Assembly: GCA_963822965.1 (NCBI GenBank)
Contig: CAWGJT010000005.1
Span: 1,472,001 to 1,536,000, forward strand
From: an uncultured delta proteobacterium
GTDB taxonomy: Bacteria > Myxococcota_A > UBA9160 > UBA4427
DNA length: 64,000 nucleotides
Direction of reading: 5' to 3'
The notes beneath the pieces were generated by a model that did no database searches, was not told the DNA's origin, and was given only the letters and a program-made list of their open reading frames with translations. Numbering within the stretch: the first letter of the stretch is position 1; every line of letters starts with the position of its first letter. Of this stretch, positions 1 through 11,395 are shown piece after piece. The translations under genes and the position numbers were made by a program.

Positions 1-1128
1 ATAGAAGACGCGGCCGTCGGCGCTGGCGCGAAGATCCTTTGCTGGCGCCCCCACGATCAGGAGCAGGCTGCGCGCACCTCCCTCCTGAGGCGCCCGGTAG
101 ATCGATCCGTTCTCGTTCCACCACACGTAGCCCCCGGCCAGCGCCACGTGTACGCCAGCGGGTGTCGCCGAAGCTGCCATGTCGGCGACCGGGAGCGGCG
201 CCGAGATCGCGGGCGCAGTGCGCACCCGGACGATGCGCCCGTCGCCGGCCGCCCAGTAGACCCCCGTGTTGCCCACGGCGAGATTCACGGAGGCGAAACG
301 GTCGGGGTCGCATCCCGTCGATTGAAAGAGGAAGCGGGGATCGATCGCGGACCCGTTCTTCGAACCCACCTTGCTCTCCGGCGGGTCGAACTCTCCCCCG
401 CACCCCACCGCGTAGTAGATCGTGCTGAATCGCCTGGCGAGACTGCTCACCTCCGTGTCGAGGAAGCCCTCCACCTGGGCGCTCGCGTGCGAGGGGACCC
501 CCGCGGCCGCGACCAGGGTCATCAGGGCGGCCATGGAATGCCGCCGGCGGCGCCGCGCGAGGGCGCGAAGCATCGCGAGCCCCGCAGCGAGCATCGCCAG
601 CACGCTCGGCTCGGGGACGGCCACCACGGGCCGAGCCTGCAAATCCTCCAGCGTGAGACGACTCCGCACGGCCTCCCCCTCTAGGAGGTCGAGGGAGGCG
701 CCCATCGGTCCCTGCACGGTGAGGTCGGCGATCTTGGTCGGGCCGAGCCCGCCTTCGGGGTCGCCGCCGTTCAGGTTCACGAGCGTCCCCTCGATGTGCG
801 CCACCACGTCGAATGCCTCGGCAATGCCGAGCAGCGCGAGCCCGCCGCTGCCCGCAAGCGCCACGTCCCAGCCGCAGACTTCGTCGCCGTCCCCGCGCTC
901 GCAGGGATCCACGCTCGAGGCGACGGAGCCTCCGTCCACGTAGAGGTGGAGCGTCACGGGGGTGCCGGCCGCGATCGCGACCGGCCCTGCCGGTGCGGAG
1001 CCGTCGTCGGCGGGGCTGTGGTAGAGGCGGAGCGGCTCCGCCCGGGCTGCGCCGGTCGCCAGCAGGCCGAGTCCCGAGATGACCAGGGCGAGAATGCCAC
1101 GCACACGCCGTAGGGCTCGAAACACCAT
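1..1128 (-). CDS. Secreted protein, partial (runs off left edge), with internal PEP-CTERM motif followed by a second signal-peptide-like segment and a beta-propeller-like domain
   Basis: Translated by hand; absent from the ORF track because there is no stop in the window. ATG at 1128 starts MVFRALRRVRGILALVISGLGLLATGAARA|EP (signal peptide). VPEPSVLAMLAAGLAMLRALARRRRR begins at aa 171. Frame open for 376 codons to position 1. Confidence 0.8.
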   Translation of the reverse strand, partial: MVFRALRRVRGILALVISGLGLLATGAARAEPLRLYHSPADDGSAPAGPVAIAAGTPVTLHLYVDGGSVASSVDPCERGDGDEVCGWDVALAGSGGLALLGIAEAFDVVAHIEGTLVNLNGGDPEGGLGPTKIADLTVQGPMGASLDLLEGEAVRSRLTLEDLQARPVVAVPEPSVLAMLAAGLAMLRALARRRRRHSMAALMTLVAAAGVPSHASAQVEGFLDTEVSSLARRFSTIYYAVGCGGEFDPPESKVGSKNGSAIDPRFLFQSTGCDPDRFASVNLAVGNTGVYWAAGDGRIVRVRTAPAISAPLPVADMAASATPAGVHVALAGGYVWWNENGSIYRAPQEGGARSLLLIVGAPAKDLRASADGRVFY

Positions 1129-1376
1129 GGCGTCAGCCTATCAACCCGACCGGGGGTCGATCTTGGATGGTTCTGTGATGATGCAAGGTGCGCGAGGCGT
1201 CACCGAGCCATCGGATGCTTCCGCCGCGGAAGAGAACTCCCGCGGCTGGCTGCATGCCAGCGTCTCGACCCCGGTAGCGGAGATCCCCTGGGGTTCGTGA
1301 TGCAAGGGAAAGGGACAGGCGGTGACAGTGGCTCCGCGGGTCGCCCCGGCCAACGCGATGCTTCGCGCTCTCGGGC

Positions 1377-2279
1377 CTACTCGACGCGGAGCCTGGGCGT
1401 GCCGCCCGGGAACTTGGGTCCGGTCAGGTACCGCAGGGTCGACTCCTGGGTGCAGGAGGCGACGAGATGGCCGTGCACGTCGTAGAGCAGGCCTCGCCCG
1501 ACGGCACGGCCGCCCCAGGCAGCGGGGCTGTCGAGCTCGAAGAGCATCCACTCGTCGACGCGGAAGGGACGGTGGAACCAGATGGCGTGGTCGAGGCTGG
1601 CCGTCTGCATGTCCATCGTGTTCACCGGGTGGGGATCCAGTGCCGCCGACATGATCGCGTAGTCCGATGCGTACGCGAAGCACGCCTGGTGCAGCGCGGG
1701 GTCGTCGGGCAGGCGGCTGCGGAAGCGCATCCAGCAGCGGGCGCTCGGTGGCCGCACTTCGCGCGAGAACAAGCCCAGGCCGCCCACGGCGCGGATCTCG
1801 ACGGCCAGCTCGAATTCGAGCTCCCCGATGGTGTCGCCGCCGGGCACCATCACACGCAGCATCGTCTCCTCGTAGCTCTCGCCCTCGGGCTCCGCGACCT
1901 CGTCCATCGGAATCTGGTGCTCGGGCCCCGTCTCGGGCATGTGGTGCGATACGAGCATCTCGAGGATCGGCGTGTCGTCCTGGCTCGCCACGACCTGGTT
2001 GGTCTCGAACGCCCGGGACCGGCGGCGCAGGTCGACGCGAAAGCGGATCGGCCGGGTCGGGTCGCCCCGCTTCAGGAAGTAGGCGTGGAGCGAGTTCGCG
2101 GGATGGCCGCGCGAGCAGTGCTGGGACGCGACGAGCGCCTGGGCCAGCACCTGCCCCCCGAAGAGGTGGACGCCGCCGTGGCTCTCGCAGTCGCCTTCGA
2201 AAGAGTCGCCTTCGAAAGAGTCGTCTTCGACCTGGTTCAGGTTCAGGACCGAGAGCAGTCTGTCGATCGATTCCGTCAT
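1377..2279 (-). CDS. tesB: Acyl-CoA thioesterase II
   Basis: FGGQVLAQAL, SLHAYFL, AYASD, ASLDHAIWFHRPF and ASCTQE motifs of the TesB double hot-dog fold. Confidence 0.92.
   Translation of the reverse strand: MTESIDRLLSVLNLNQVEDDSFEGDSFEGDCESHGGVHLFGGQVLAQALVASQHCSRGHPANSLHAYFLKRGDPTRPIRFRVDLRRRSRAFETNQVVASQDDTPILEMLVSHHMPETGPEHQIPMDEVAEPEGESYEETMLRVMVPGGDTIGELEFELAVEIRAVGGLGLFSREVRPPSARCWMRFRSRLPDDPALHQACFAYASDYAIMSAALDPHPVNTMDMQTASLDHAIWFHRPFRVDEWMLFELDSPAAWGGRAVGRGLLYDVHGHLVASCTQESTLRYLTGPKFPGGTPRLRVE
2191..2230. repeat. 15-bp in-frame tandem duplication within tesB
   Basis: tcgccttcgaaagag x2 followed by tcgtcttcga; encodes DSFEG-DSFEG-D. Confidence 0.85.
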
Positions 2280-2339
2280 GGCGGCGGCGAGTCTACCGAC
2301 TCCGGGCCGGCGTCACGTGAGCCGGGCCCGCAGCGCCCG

Positions 2340-2888
2340 TCAGGAGCCGGGCGGGCCGGTGCTCACCGCGGTCGCCGAGGCGGCCAGGTCATCGGGGGTC
2401 CGCCGGAAGGTGAGCTCGTAGTCGAGCAGGTCCGGCAGCAGGTGGGAGTGCGTGGTCACGTGCATGGTGAGGCGCCCGCCGTCGTCGCTCAGCTGGAAGC
2501 GCGTCTCCCGCTTGCCCTCGAAGCTCGATTGTCGCAGCACGAGGGCGCCGTGCTCGTAGCGGGCGTCGTGGGGGAAGTCCGGAGCCCCGACGACCTCGAG
2601 CCGGATGCCCGCGTCGCCCGCCCGGATCTCGATCCGCTCGGGCACGCGGACGCTGCGCTCGAGGCGGCGCCGCGCAAGGCCGCGCAGCAGCGGATTGAAG
2701 CGCTCGACGAGGTCGTCGACCGTTCCCTTCAGCGAGCGCGCCTCCTGCTCGCCTCCCGCGAAGCCGTAGCTGCCGAGAAACCGGGTCGGGTCGAGGCGGG
2801 GCCCGGCACCGTCCGCCCACGCGGCGCCCGAGATCCCGAGCAGAGAGAGCATCAGCAACGACAGCAGCAGCCGGGGGAGACGGGGCAT
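2340..2888 (-). CDS. Hypothetical secreted protein
   Basis: Signal peptide MPRLPRLLLSLLMLSLLGISGAAWA|D; globular-looking remainder. Confidence 0.75.
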   Translation of the reverse strand: MPRLPRLLLSLLMLSLLGISGAAWADGAGPRLDPTRFLGSYGFAGGEQEARSLKGTVDDLVERFNPLLRGLARRRLERSVRVPERIEIRAGDAGIRLEVVGAPDFPHDARYEHGALVLRQSSFEGKRETRFQLSDDGGRLTMHVTTHSHLLPDLLDYELTFRRTPDDLAASATAVSTGPPGS

Positions 2889-2897
2889 GGGCTCGGA

Positions 2898-3239
2898 TCA
2901 GGTCCTCGTGAACTCGCGGATGAGGCCCGCCGCACCGCGACCGAGGCAGGCGACCGCCTCCTCGCGACCGACCTGGCCGGAGAGCCACAGCTCGACGACC
3001 GCCGGAATCGTGGCGGCGATCATCGAGGTCAGCGCCAGGGCGTCCCGCTCGGGCGCGCCGGTCACCTCCTGCACGCGCGCGAACCACGGGCCGGCGACCT
3101 CGGCGCGCACCTTGCGGGCGACGCTCTCGATGTCGGGGTCGGGGGGGATGCGAACACCGTCGACACCCTGGGTGGTGAGCAGCTCCGCGGCCACCGCAAG
3201 CAGCTGCGCGCGGCGATCGGCCGCCCACAGTCGTCCGTG
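2898..3239 (-). pseudogene. TetR/AcrR-family regulator remnant with the helix-turn-helix deleted
   Basis: GRLWAADRRAQLLAVAAELLTTQGVDGVRIP matches TetR helix 1. It joins directly to a C-terminal-like helical segment without the ..IA..AGV...Y.HF HTH. No ATG upstream of helix 1 before an in-frame stop at 3291-3293. Confidence 0.6.
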
Positions 3240-3307
3240 GGAGGGAGGCTCGACGAGCTCGAGGTTGCGGCGAGGGGGAAAGGGGGTTTCTCAGTAAATC
3301 CAGCGAA

Positions 3308-3335
3308 GTGACAAACTGTATAGATATCTAGTCAA
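3308..3335 (-). promoter_or_regulatory. Candidate promoter/operator upstream of the TetR remnant
   Basis: AT-rich island; minus-strand TTGACT (-35-like) overlapping the perfect palindrome TAGATATCTA. Confidence 0.4.
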
Positions 3336-3376
3336 GATGCAACTCGCACGGAGATGCGGCAGCCGGCCCAGCCCCG

Positions 3377-3931
3377 CTAGAGGCCGAAGCCGTTCCACAC
3401 GAGCAGCACCCAGATGGCGCTGGCCAGGATCGTCTTGCCCAGGGTGCCGGCCAGGCGTCCCACCGTGGCGCCGAACGCCGCGCGGAGGTTGCCGCGCGTG
3501 GTGCGGTGCTCGCCGGGCATGCCCGTTGCCTCGCCCAGGAAGGCGCCCACGAAGGTGCCCACCAGCGCGCCGACGAGGCTCCCCACCAGCGGCACCGGCA
3601 GCGCCACCGTGAACACGATGGCCCCCACGATGCCGCCCAGGATCGCGCCCCACATGCCGCGCTTCGTGCCACCGCCGTAGCGGCTGCCCGCAGCCCCCGC
3701 TCCGGCCTCGATGGCCTCCGCGACCAGCCCGAGCCCGCCGCAGACGCCGAGCAGCCGCCAGCCGAAGGTCACGGTCTGGGGGGCCGGCAGCACCAGGGTG
3801 TCCCCCAGCTCCACCAGCACCGCGAGCCCCAGCATGATCCACATGCCCGGGATGCCGAAGGGGATCGAGACCACGCAGGCCACGCCCACGAGCGCAAAGA
3901 ACGACACGAGCACGTAGGCCTGCCATTCCAT
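3377..3931 (-). CDS. DUF456-family membrane protein
   Basis: Gly-rich TM helices, GIPG.W and YGGGTKRGMWGAILGGIVG, GAFLGE motifs. Confidence 0.8.
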   Translation of the reverse strand: MEWQAYVLVSFFALVGVACVVSIPFGIPGMWIMLGLAVLVELGDTLVLPAPQTVTFGWRLLGVCGGLGLVAEAIEAGAGAAGSRYGGGTKRGMWGAILGGIVGAIVFTVALPVPLVGSLVGALVGTFVGAFLGEATGMPGEHRTTRGNLRAAFGATVGRLAGTLGKTILASAIWVLLVWNGFGL

Positions 3932-3974
3932 GGAAGCCCCCCTCGAGCGCGGGCGCGTGGGCGCGAAGAACGAA

Positions 3975-4062
3975 TGGCGGAGAGGGTGGGATTCGAACCC
4001 ACGAGGGCTCGCGCCCTGGCGGTTTTCAAGACCGCTGCCTTCGACCGCTCGGCCACCTCTCC
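3975..4062 (-). tRNA. tRNA-Ser (anticodon TGA), CCA encoded
   Basis: GGAGAGGTGGCCGAGCGGTCGAAGGCAGCGGTCTTGAAAACCGC...GTGGGTTCGAATCCCACCCTCTCCGCCA; long variable arm; cloverleaf pairs. Confidence 0.97.
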
Positions 4063-4525
4063 GGGTTTCGAATCAATAGGTTAGCGCGGTGATCGACCGC
4101 TGAGGCAAGCAGGATACAAGCGGTCGCGTCGGCAAGCCGTAGCACCCCTGCCACGGAACGACTCGAGCGCCATCCGCACGTCCTTCGCGGGGTCGATGAC
4201 CGTGCGTCGGAGAGCAGGGCGTCCAGCTGTCACCCCCAGCCCTGCAGGAACGCCGCGGAGAGGAAGGCGGTAGCCGGGAGAAGCAGGCTCATCGTGACGA
4301 CATCGATCGCCGCGGCCCGCGGCATCGTGAAACGCAACGACGGCATCGGGATCGCAGCGCCGATCGAGCTCGCGGAGGAGTCCAAAGCGGCATGCTCGTC
4401 GCCCTCGATGCCGACACCAGCACCGCAGGAAATCCGGATGGTTGCGCGATTCCGAGCGGAAAAGGGGCGGGAATACGGGCACAAAGTGGTCACAATGGAG
4501 AGGCTCTCACGAAGGAGTTTCATCC

Positions 4526-5884
4526 GTGTCTGCTGCTCTCCATCCGCCTCGCGCGCCTGGACCGCCGATTCTCGGCAGCGCCGTGGCGATGGCCTCCGAT
4601 CCGCTCGGCTTCCTGCTCGAGCAGCATCGGCGCCTGGGCCCGATCTTCCGGCTCCGCGCCGGCCACCTGAAGCTCGTCGTGATGGCGGGCGAGCGGGCCA
4701 ACGCGTTCGCCCATGGAGAGGGTGCGGACTGTCTGTCGAGCCGCGAGACCTGGGCTCCGACTCTTCGGGAGTTCGGCGCACCCAACAACTTCGTCGGTCT
4801 CGACGGCGATCCGCACCGCTTGCTCCGAAAGAGGTTCGCGAGCCACTTCTCGCGCAGAGCCGCCGAAGCGCGTCTCCCCGCGCTCGTCGATCTCACGCTG
4901 GCCGCCTTCCAGGAGCACTCGGTGGGCGACGAGATCCCGTTCGTGGCATTCAGCCAGGCGCTGGCCTCGCGCCAGGTAGGCACGCTCCTCGTCGGACGCG
5001 TCCCGTCGCGGGAGGAGCACGACGCGATCCTCCGTTACACGAACGCAGTCGTGGTCAACCTCTCCCTCCGGCGCATGCCGCACTGGCTGTTCAGGGCTTC
5101 ACGGGGCCGCCAGTTTCGACGGGATCGCGAGACCGCGTTCCGGTTCTCGCGAGAGCTGGTGGAGCAGCGGAGTCACGAAGGACTCGACGACGCATCGAAC
5201 TTCATCGATGCCATGGATCTCGCGTCCCGCGAATACCCGAACCTGTTCGCAGCAAACGAGCTCGTTTCGGCCGGGCTCCTCCCGTTCTTCGCCGGCGTCG
5301 ACACGGTCGGCCAGACCAACGTCTTCATCCTCTACGAGCTGCTGCGCCACCCCGAGCTCCTCGAGCGTGCCCGTGCCGAGGCGGATCGGCTCTTCGATGG
5401 CGGACAGCTGGACCCACGCGCGCTCCGCGAGGCCGAGGATCTGAACGGCGCCGTGAACGAGGCGCTGCGCCTGCATCCCGTGGCATTCGCGATGCCTCGG
5501 ACGGCGGCGCGCGACTTCACGTTCGAGGGCTTCGGGGTCGATCGCGGCGCGTCGGTGATGGTCTTCACGTCGGCCTGTCACTTCGACCCGGGGTACTTCC
5601 CCGAGCCGGAGCGCTTCGACATCGAGCGCCATCGGCCGCCCCGCGACGAACACCGTCGCCCCGACGTCTTCGCACCCTGGGGCCGCGGACCGCACCAGTG
5701 CCTCGGAGCCGGGCTCGCCGGCGTCCAGATGGGTGCGACGCTCGCGACGATTCTCCACCACTGCGAGCTCGAGCTGGCCGAGCCCGAGCGCGAGTTTCCC
5801 CACGTGCTCCGGCCTTCGCTCTCGCTTGGGCCGGAGTTCAAGATCCGATTCAACGGGTGGCGTCGGGACCGCGGCCTCGCGTGA
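4526..5884 (+). CDS. Cytochrome P450
   Basis: AGVDT I-helix, EALR (ExxR), PERF and heme motif WGRGPHQCLG. GTG start at 4526 chosen from the GAAGGAG RBS. Confidence 0.93.
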   Translation: MSAALHPPRAPGPPILGSAVAMASDPLGFLLEQHRRLGPIFRLRAGHLKLVVMAGERANAFAHGEGADCLSSRETWAPTLREFGAPNNFVGLDGDPHRLLRKRFASHFSRRAAEARLPALVDLTLAAFQEHSVGDEIPFVAFSQALASRQVGTLLVGRVPSREEHDAILRYTNAVVVNLSLRRMPHWLFRASRGRQFRRDRETAFRFSRELVEQRSHEGLDDASNFIDAMDLASREYPNLFAANELVSAGLLPFFAGVDTVGQTNVFILYELLRHPELLERARAEADRLFDGGQLDPRALREAEDLNGAVNEALRLHPVAFAMPRTAARDFTFEGFGVDRGASVMVFTSACHFDPGYFPEPERFDIERHRPPRDEHRRPDVFAPWGRGPHQCLGAGLAGVQMGATLATILHHCELELAEPEREFPHVLRPSLSLGPEFKIRFNGWRRDRGLA

Positions 5885-5988
5885 TTCCGGGCGCGTCGTG
5901 GTTCGAAGCCGACCCGAGGCGCTCGCGTGCCCGGCTCGGTATGCAGCCGCTGCGATTCGTGATACAAGTGTCGCTGGAGGGCAGAGAG

Positions 5989-6612
5989 ATGAGCTGGCTC
6001 CGACGACGCGGTGCACGTGCGGCTTGTTGCGTTCTTCTCCTCACGACGATGTACCCGGTGGCAGCCAGGGCCACGACGGTCGTGACGACGATCGACACCA
6101 CCGTCTTGGCCTCGGACGTCTCGCTCCTCCCGGTGGGCGTTCGGGTCTTCTGGACACTCACCTTCGACTCCGGAGCTCCCGACGAAGACCCTTCGCCCGA
6201 TGTGTTCCTGGCGACGGGCTTCCCGGCAGACAGCGCGCGTGCCGAGCGGCCTCCCTATCCCGCCGAGCCGACCAGCACGCTCGCATCCAACGGCTTCCTC
6301 ACGCAGATCTCGGCAACGGGCTCGACCGGCACGTGGCAGGCGACTGGCAACCTGGATCTGATCGGCCTGCTCCCCTTCGACATCACGCTCACGGGCATCG
6401 GGATCTCGGTCGACTCCCCGCTGCCCGAGTTCGAGGCCTTCGCGGGTGGCACCGTCGAGCTCGACGTGAGCTCGCAGCAGGCCCTGATCGGCGGCACGTT
6501 CACGACCATGCAGGTCGACGCCATTCACGTCCCCGAAGCGTCGTCGGGGCTTCTCCTTGCCCTCGCCTGTGCGGCAGCCGCCTGGCCGGCGAGCCGGTAC
6601 GGATCGGCCTGA
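5989..6612 (+). CDS. PEP-CTERM-like (VPEA) secreted surface protein
   Basis: Signal peptide ending AARA|T, beta-rich body, C-terminal VPEASSGLLLALACAAAAWPASR; GGAGG upstream. Confidence 0.72.
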   Translation: MSWLRRRGARAACCVLLLTTMYPVAARATTVVTTIDTTVLASDVSLLPVGVRVFWTLTFDSGAPDEDPSPDVFLATGFPADSARAERPPYPAEPTSTLASNGFLTQISATGSTGTWQATGNLDLIGLLPFDITLTGIGISVDSPLPEFEAFAGGTVELDVSSQQALIGGTFTTMQVDAIHVPEASSGLLLALACAAAAWPASRYGSA

Positions 6613-6724
6613 GCGCGATCGAAGGTGAGGAGACGATCGGGGGTGCCGAGCAGCTCGCGCTCTGCCGTCGCTTGACTGACCCGTCTCGCTGCTACTCTGC
6701 TTGGCCGCACCCACACGGTTCGCC

Positions 6725-7159
6725 ATGCCTCATCACACCGACGACGAAAAGGTCGCCGAGGAGCTCTCGCGCCACGGCCTTCGTGCCACACGCCAACGCG
6801 TTGCGGCGCTCCGTCTCCTCCGTCTCCAGAAGAACCACCCGACTTCGGCGGAGCTCCACGCTCGGATGCTGCCCGAGCACGGGAACGTGAGCCAGAAGAC
6901 CATCTACGAGATCCTGGACGCCCTGGTCCGGGTGGGCCTGGCTTCTCGGGTGACGGCGGTCGGCGAGCCCTACCGATACGAGGCGAGGCCAGAGCCCCAC
7001 TATCACGCGACGTGTCGCGTTTGCGGGCGGCTGTACGACGTTCCGGCGAGTGCGGATTCCCAGATCCGCGGACGCGCGAGTCTTCCGGAGGGCTTCCACG
7101 TCGAGAAGATCGACGTCACGATTCGCGGCGTGTGCCTTCGCTGTCGGGACGAGATCTGA
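6725..7159 (+). CDS. Fur-family transcriptional regulator (PerR/FurA-like)
   Basis: GLRATRQR, HPTSAEL, TIY, HYHATCRVCG and C-terminal CLRC zinc motifs; directly upstream of katG. Confidence 0.92.
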   Translation: MPHHTDDEKVAEELSRHGLRATRQRVAALRLLRLQKNHPTSAELHARMLPEHGNVSQKTIYEILDALVRVGLASRVTAVGEPYRYEARPEPHYHATCRVCGRLYDVPASADSQIRGRASLPEGFHVEKIDVTIRGVCLRCRDEI

Positions 7160-7215
7160 GACGAATCGCCGCGCTCCAACGACCCGGCTCCTTGCGGTTT
7201 GCCGCGTGGACGATA

Positions 7216-9546
<2,331 letters not shown>

Positions 9547-9560
9547 GCATCGCGACGCTT

Positions 9561-9589
9561 GGGGGACCCGGCTTCGAGCCGAGTCCCCC
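9561..9589. terminator. GC-rich hairpin between convergent genes
   Basis: GGGGGAC-C-CGGCT-TCG-AGCCG-A-GTCCCCC, 14 nt after the katG stop. Confidence 0.6.
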
Positions 9590-9611
9590 TCTGCCTCGGC
9601 GATCGGATCCG

Positions 9612-10358
9612 TCAGCGGGCCATGATCGACTTCATCGGCTGTCCCCAGGCCTTGATCGTGCGGCTGAGATCGGAGCCGAGGAAGTTCGAGCTGAGGCGAA
9701 GCTCCGCGAGGAACGCGAGCCACTCCGGATTGGTGGCGATGGACTCGTTCCACTTCTCCATCTCGGCCTGGCTCTCGTACCCGACGACGATGCCGTGGCT
9801 CACCGGGCTGATGCCGCCGGCGACCACCGCGGTGAGGTGCACCTGACCGGGGAGCTTCTTGCCCGTCGCGGACTGCATGAAGCGGTCGACTGTCGCCGCG
9901 AACGCGGTCGGGTCGGACACATCGAAGGCGAAGTTTCGCCACACGACGTCGGCGTCGGAGATGTCGCCCCAGCTGCGCAAGGTCTGCATCCGCAGGGTTC
10001 CGGCGCCTCGACCCACGGGCTCGAGCGCGCCGAGGAATTCGGCCCAGGCGGGATCGGCCTGGAGCTTCTGGGAGAACGCTTCGTACTCCGCGACGGAGTT
10101 GTAGAGAGCGACGAAGGAATGGGTGGCGGGATCACTGCCATCGGCCAGGTTGGCGAGTAGCAGGAGACGTCCCTTGTTCTGCTTCATGATGGCTGCGCTT
10201 TGCAGCTTCTCGGTGGCCGCGAGGACCTTGGGTGCATTGGCCGGTGCGACGACGAAGCCGGTCACCTGATAGCCGGGACCGGCGAACGCCGCATGAGCGA
10301 CGAGAAGCACGCTGGCGAGCACTGCAATGATGGCGATCCTTTCGAAACGCGAGGACAT
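9612..10358 (-). CDS. Secreted protein with two internally similar halves (dimeric alpha+beta barrel/NIPSNAP-like)
   Basis: Signal peptide ending AAFA|G. Repeated pattern TH...YNSVAEYE...DPAWAEFL / SH...YESQAEME...NPEWLAFL. GGAG RBS. Confidence 0.75.
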   Translation of the reverse strand: MSSRFERIAIIAVLASVLLVAHAAFAGPGYQVTGFVVAPANAPKVLAATEKLQSAAIMKQNKGRLLLLANLADGSDPATHSFVALYNSVAEYEAFSQKLQADPAWAEFLGALEPVGRGAGTLRMQTLRSWGDISDADVVWRNFAFDVSDPTAFAATVDRFMQSATGKKLPGQVHLTAVVAGGISPVSHGIVVGYESQAEMEKWNESIATNPEWLAFLAELRLSSNFLGSDLSRTIKAWGQPMKSIMAR

Positions 10359-10593
10359 ATGGTTCTCCACTTCGCCACCTACAGGGCAGTGAGTTCCCTC
10401 AACACCAACCGAGAATCGGGTTTGAATCGCGCAGTCGGCCAACTGCGGGGGCGTGCGCGGGCGCGATACTATCAGCGACGCCGTCCCGGCGCCCGCTTCT
10501 TGTTAGGCAACGTGAGGGATCGGTGCCCGGGTCACGACAGTTCCGGGCATGTCGCGTCCAACTCGGGCTTCCGCGTCGCGGCGCGCCCGTTGG

Positions 10594-11144
10594 TCAGGGA
10601 CAGGGTCCGGTCCCGCACTGGTTCGTCGCAACCTGGACGCTCAGGTTTGCGTTGACCTGAGAGTTGGCGTTTCCGCCGTTGTTCGCATACAGGATGTTCG
10701 AGCCCCAGGCGACTTCGTTGAGCAGCAGACCCACGCCGTCGTTGTCGTAGGCGACGTTGTCGAGGACGAGGGAGCCGGGGCCCACGAAGGACTGGATGCT
10801 TCCGTTGCGCAGCTCGAAGTTGTCGCTGCCGGTCTCGACCCGGACTCCGTTGGCGATGATGCCGGTGGACGGTCCGAGGATGCGGAAGCCGTTCAGGTCG
10901 ATCGTCACGTCCCGCGCCTGCACCATGATCCCGTTCGAGGCGGCGGGGGTGGTGAGGTTGCCGGTGAGCCGGTAGCTCCCGGGCTGGCCCACGGTCACCG
11001 GAAAGCCCGGCGTGTCCGCCGGCGACACCCCGCCCGCCAGCGCCCGCGCCTGGTTGATCTCGATCACGCCGTCTACGGCTGCCGCGGGCACGGCCAGCCC
11101 AGCGCGCAGGCGACAGCGACCACGAAGAGAAGGCACGCTCGCAT
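10594..11144 (-). CDS. Secreted short beta-helix-type protein; 1-nt frameshift near 11100
   Basis: MRACLLFVVAVACALG in one frame continues as LAVPAAA|VDGVIEINQARALAGG...FPVTVGQPGSYRLTGNL...VTIDLNGFRI in another. One G added to the GGG run restores the ORF. Confidence 0.7.
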
Positions 11145-11395
11145 GCTGCACTCCCGCATGGGTTCCCGAAGACTCGAGCATACATCCTCGTCTGGCTCGG
11201 CCGAGCCGGACTGCTGGAAGAGCAGACGACTCCCTGGGCCAGGCGCCGCAGCCTTCGTGCGGGTCGATCGGCATCCCACCGCCCCGCACGGTGGCCCCCC
11301 TTGCCCGTGGCCGGCGAGCCCGCGCCGACGAGCACGAACTGCTCCGACACCCACCGTTCCGGGGGCGATGCCGATCCGATAGCCTGCGCGCCCTC

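Noticed and set aside
3769..4084. ORFs overlapping the tRNA (MAERSKAAVLKT..., MAERVGFEPT...)
   Set aside because: Spurious translations of the tRNA-Ser sequence.
4294..6612. 772-aa ORF in the track
   Set aside because: The first ~565 codons are an off-frame overlap with the spacer and the P450; only 5989-6612 looks like a real protein.
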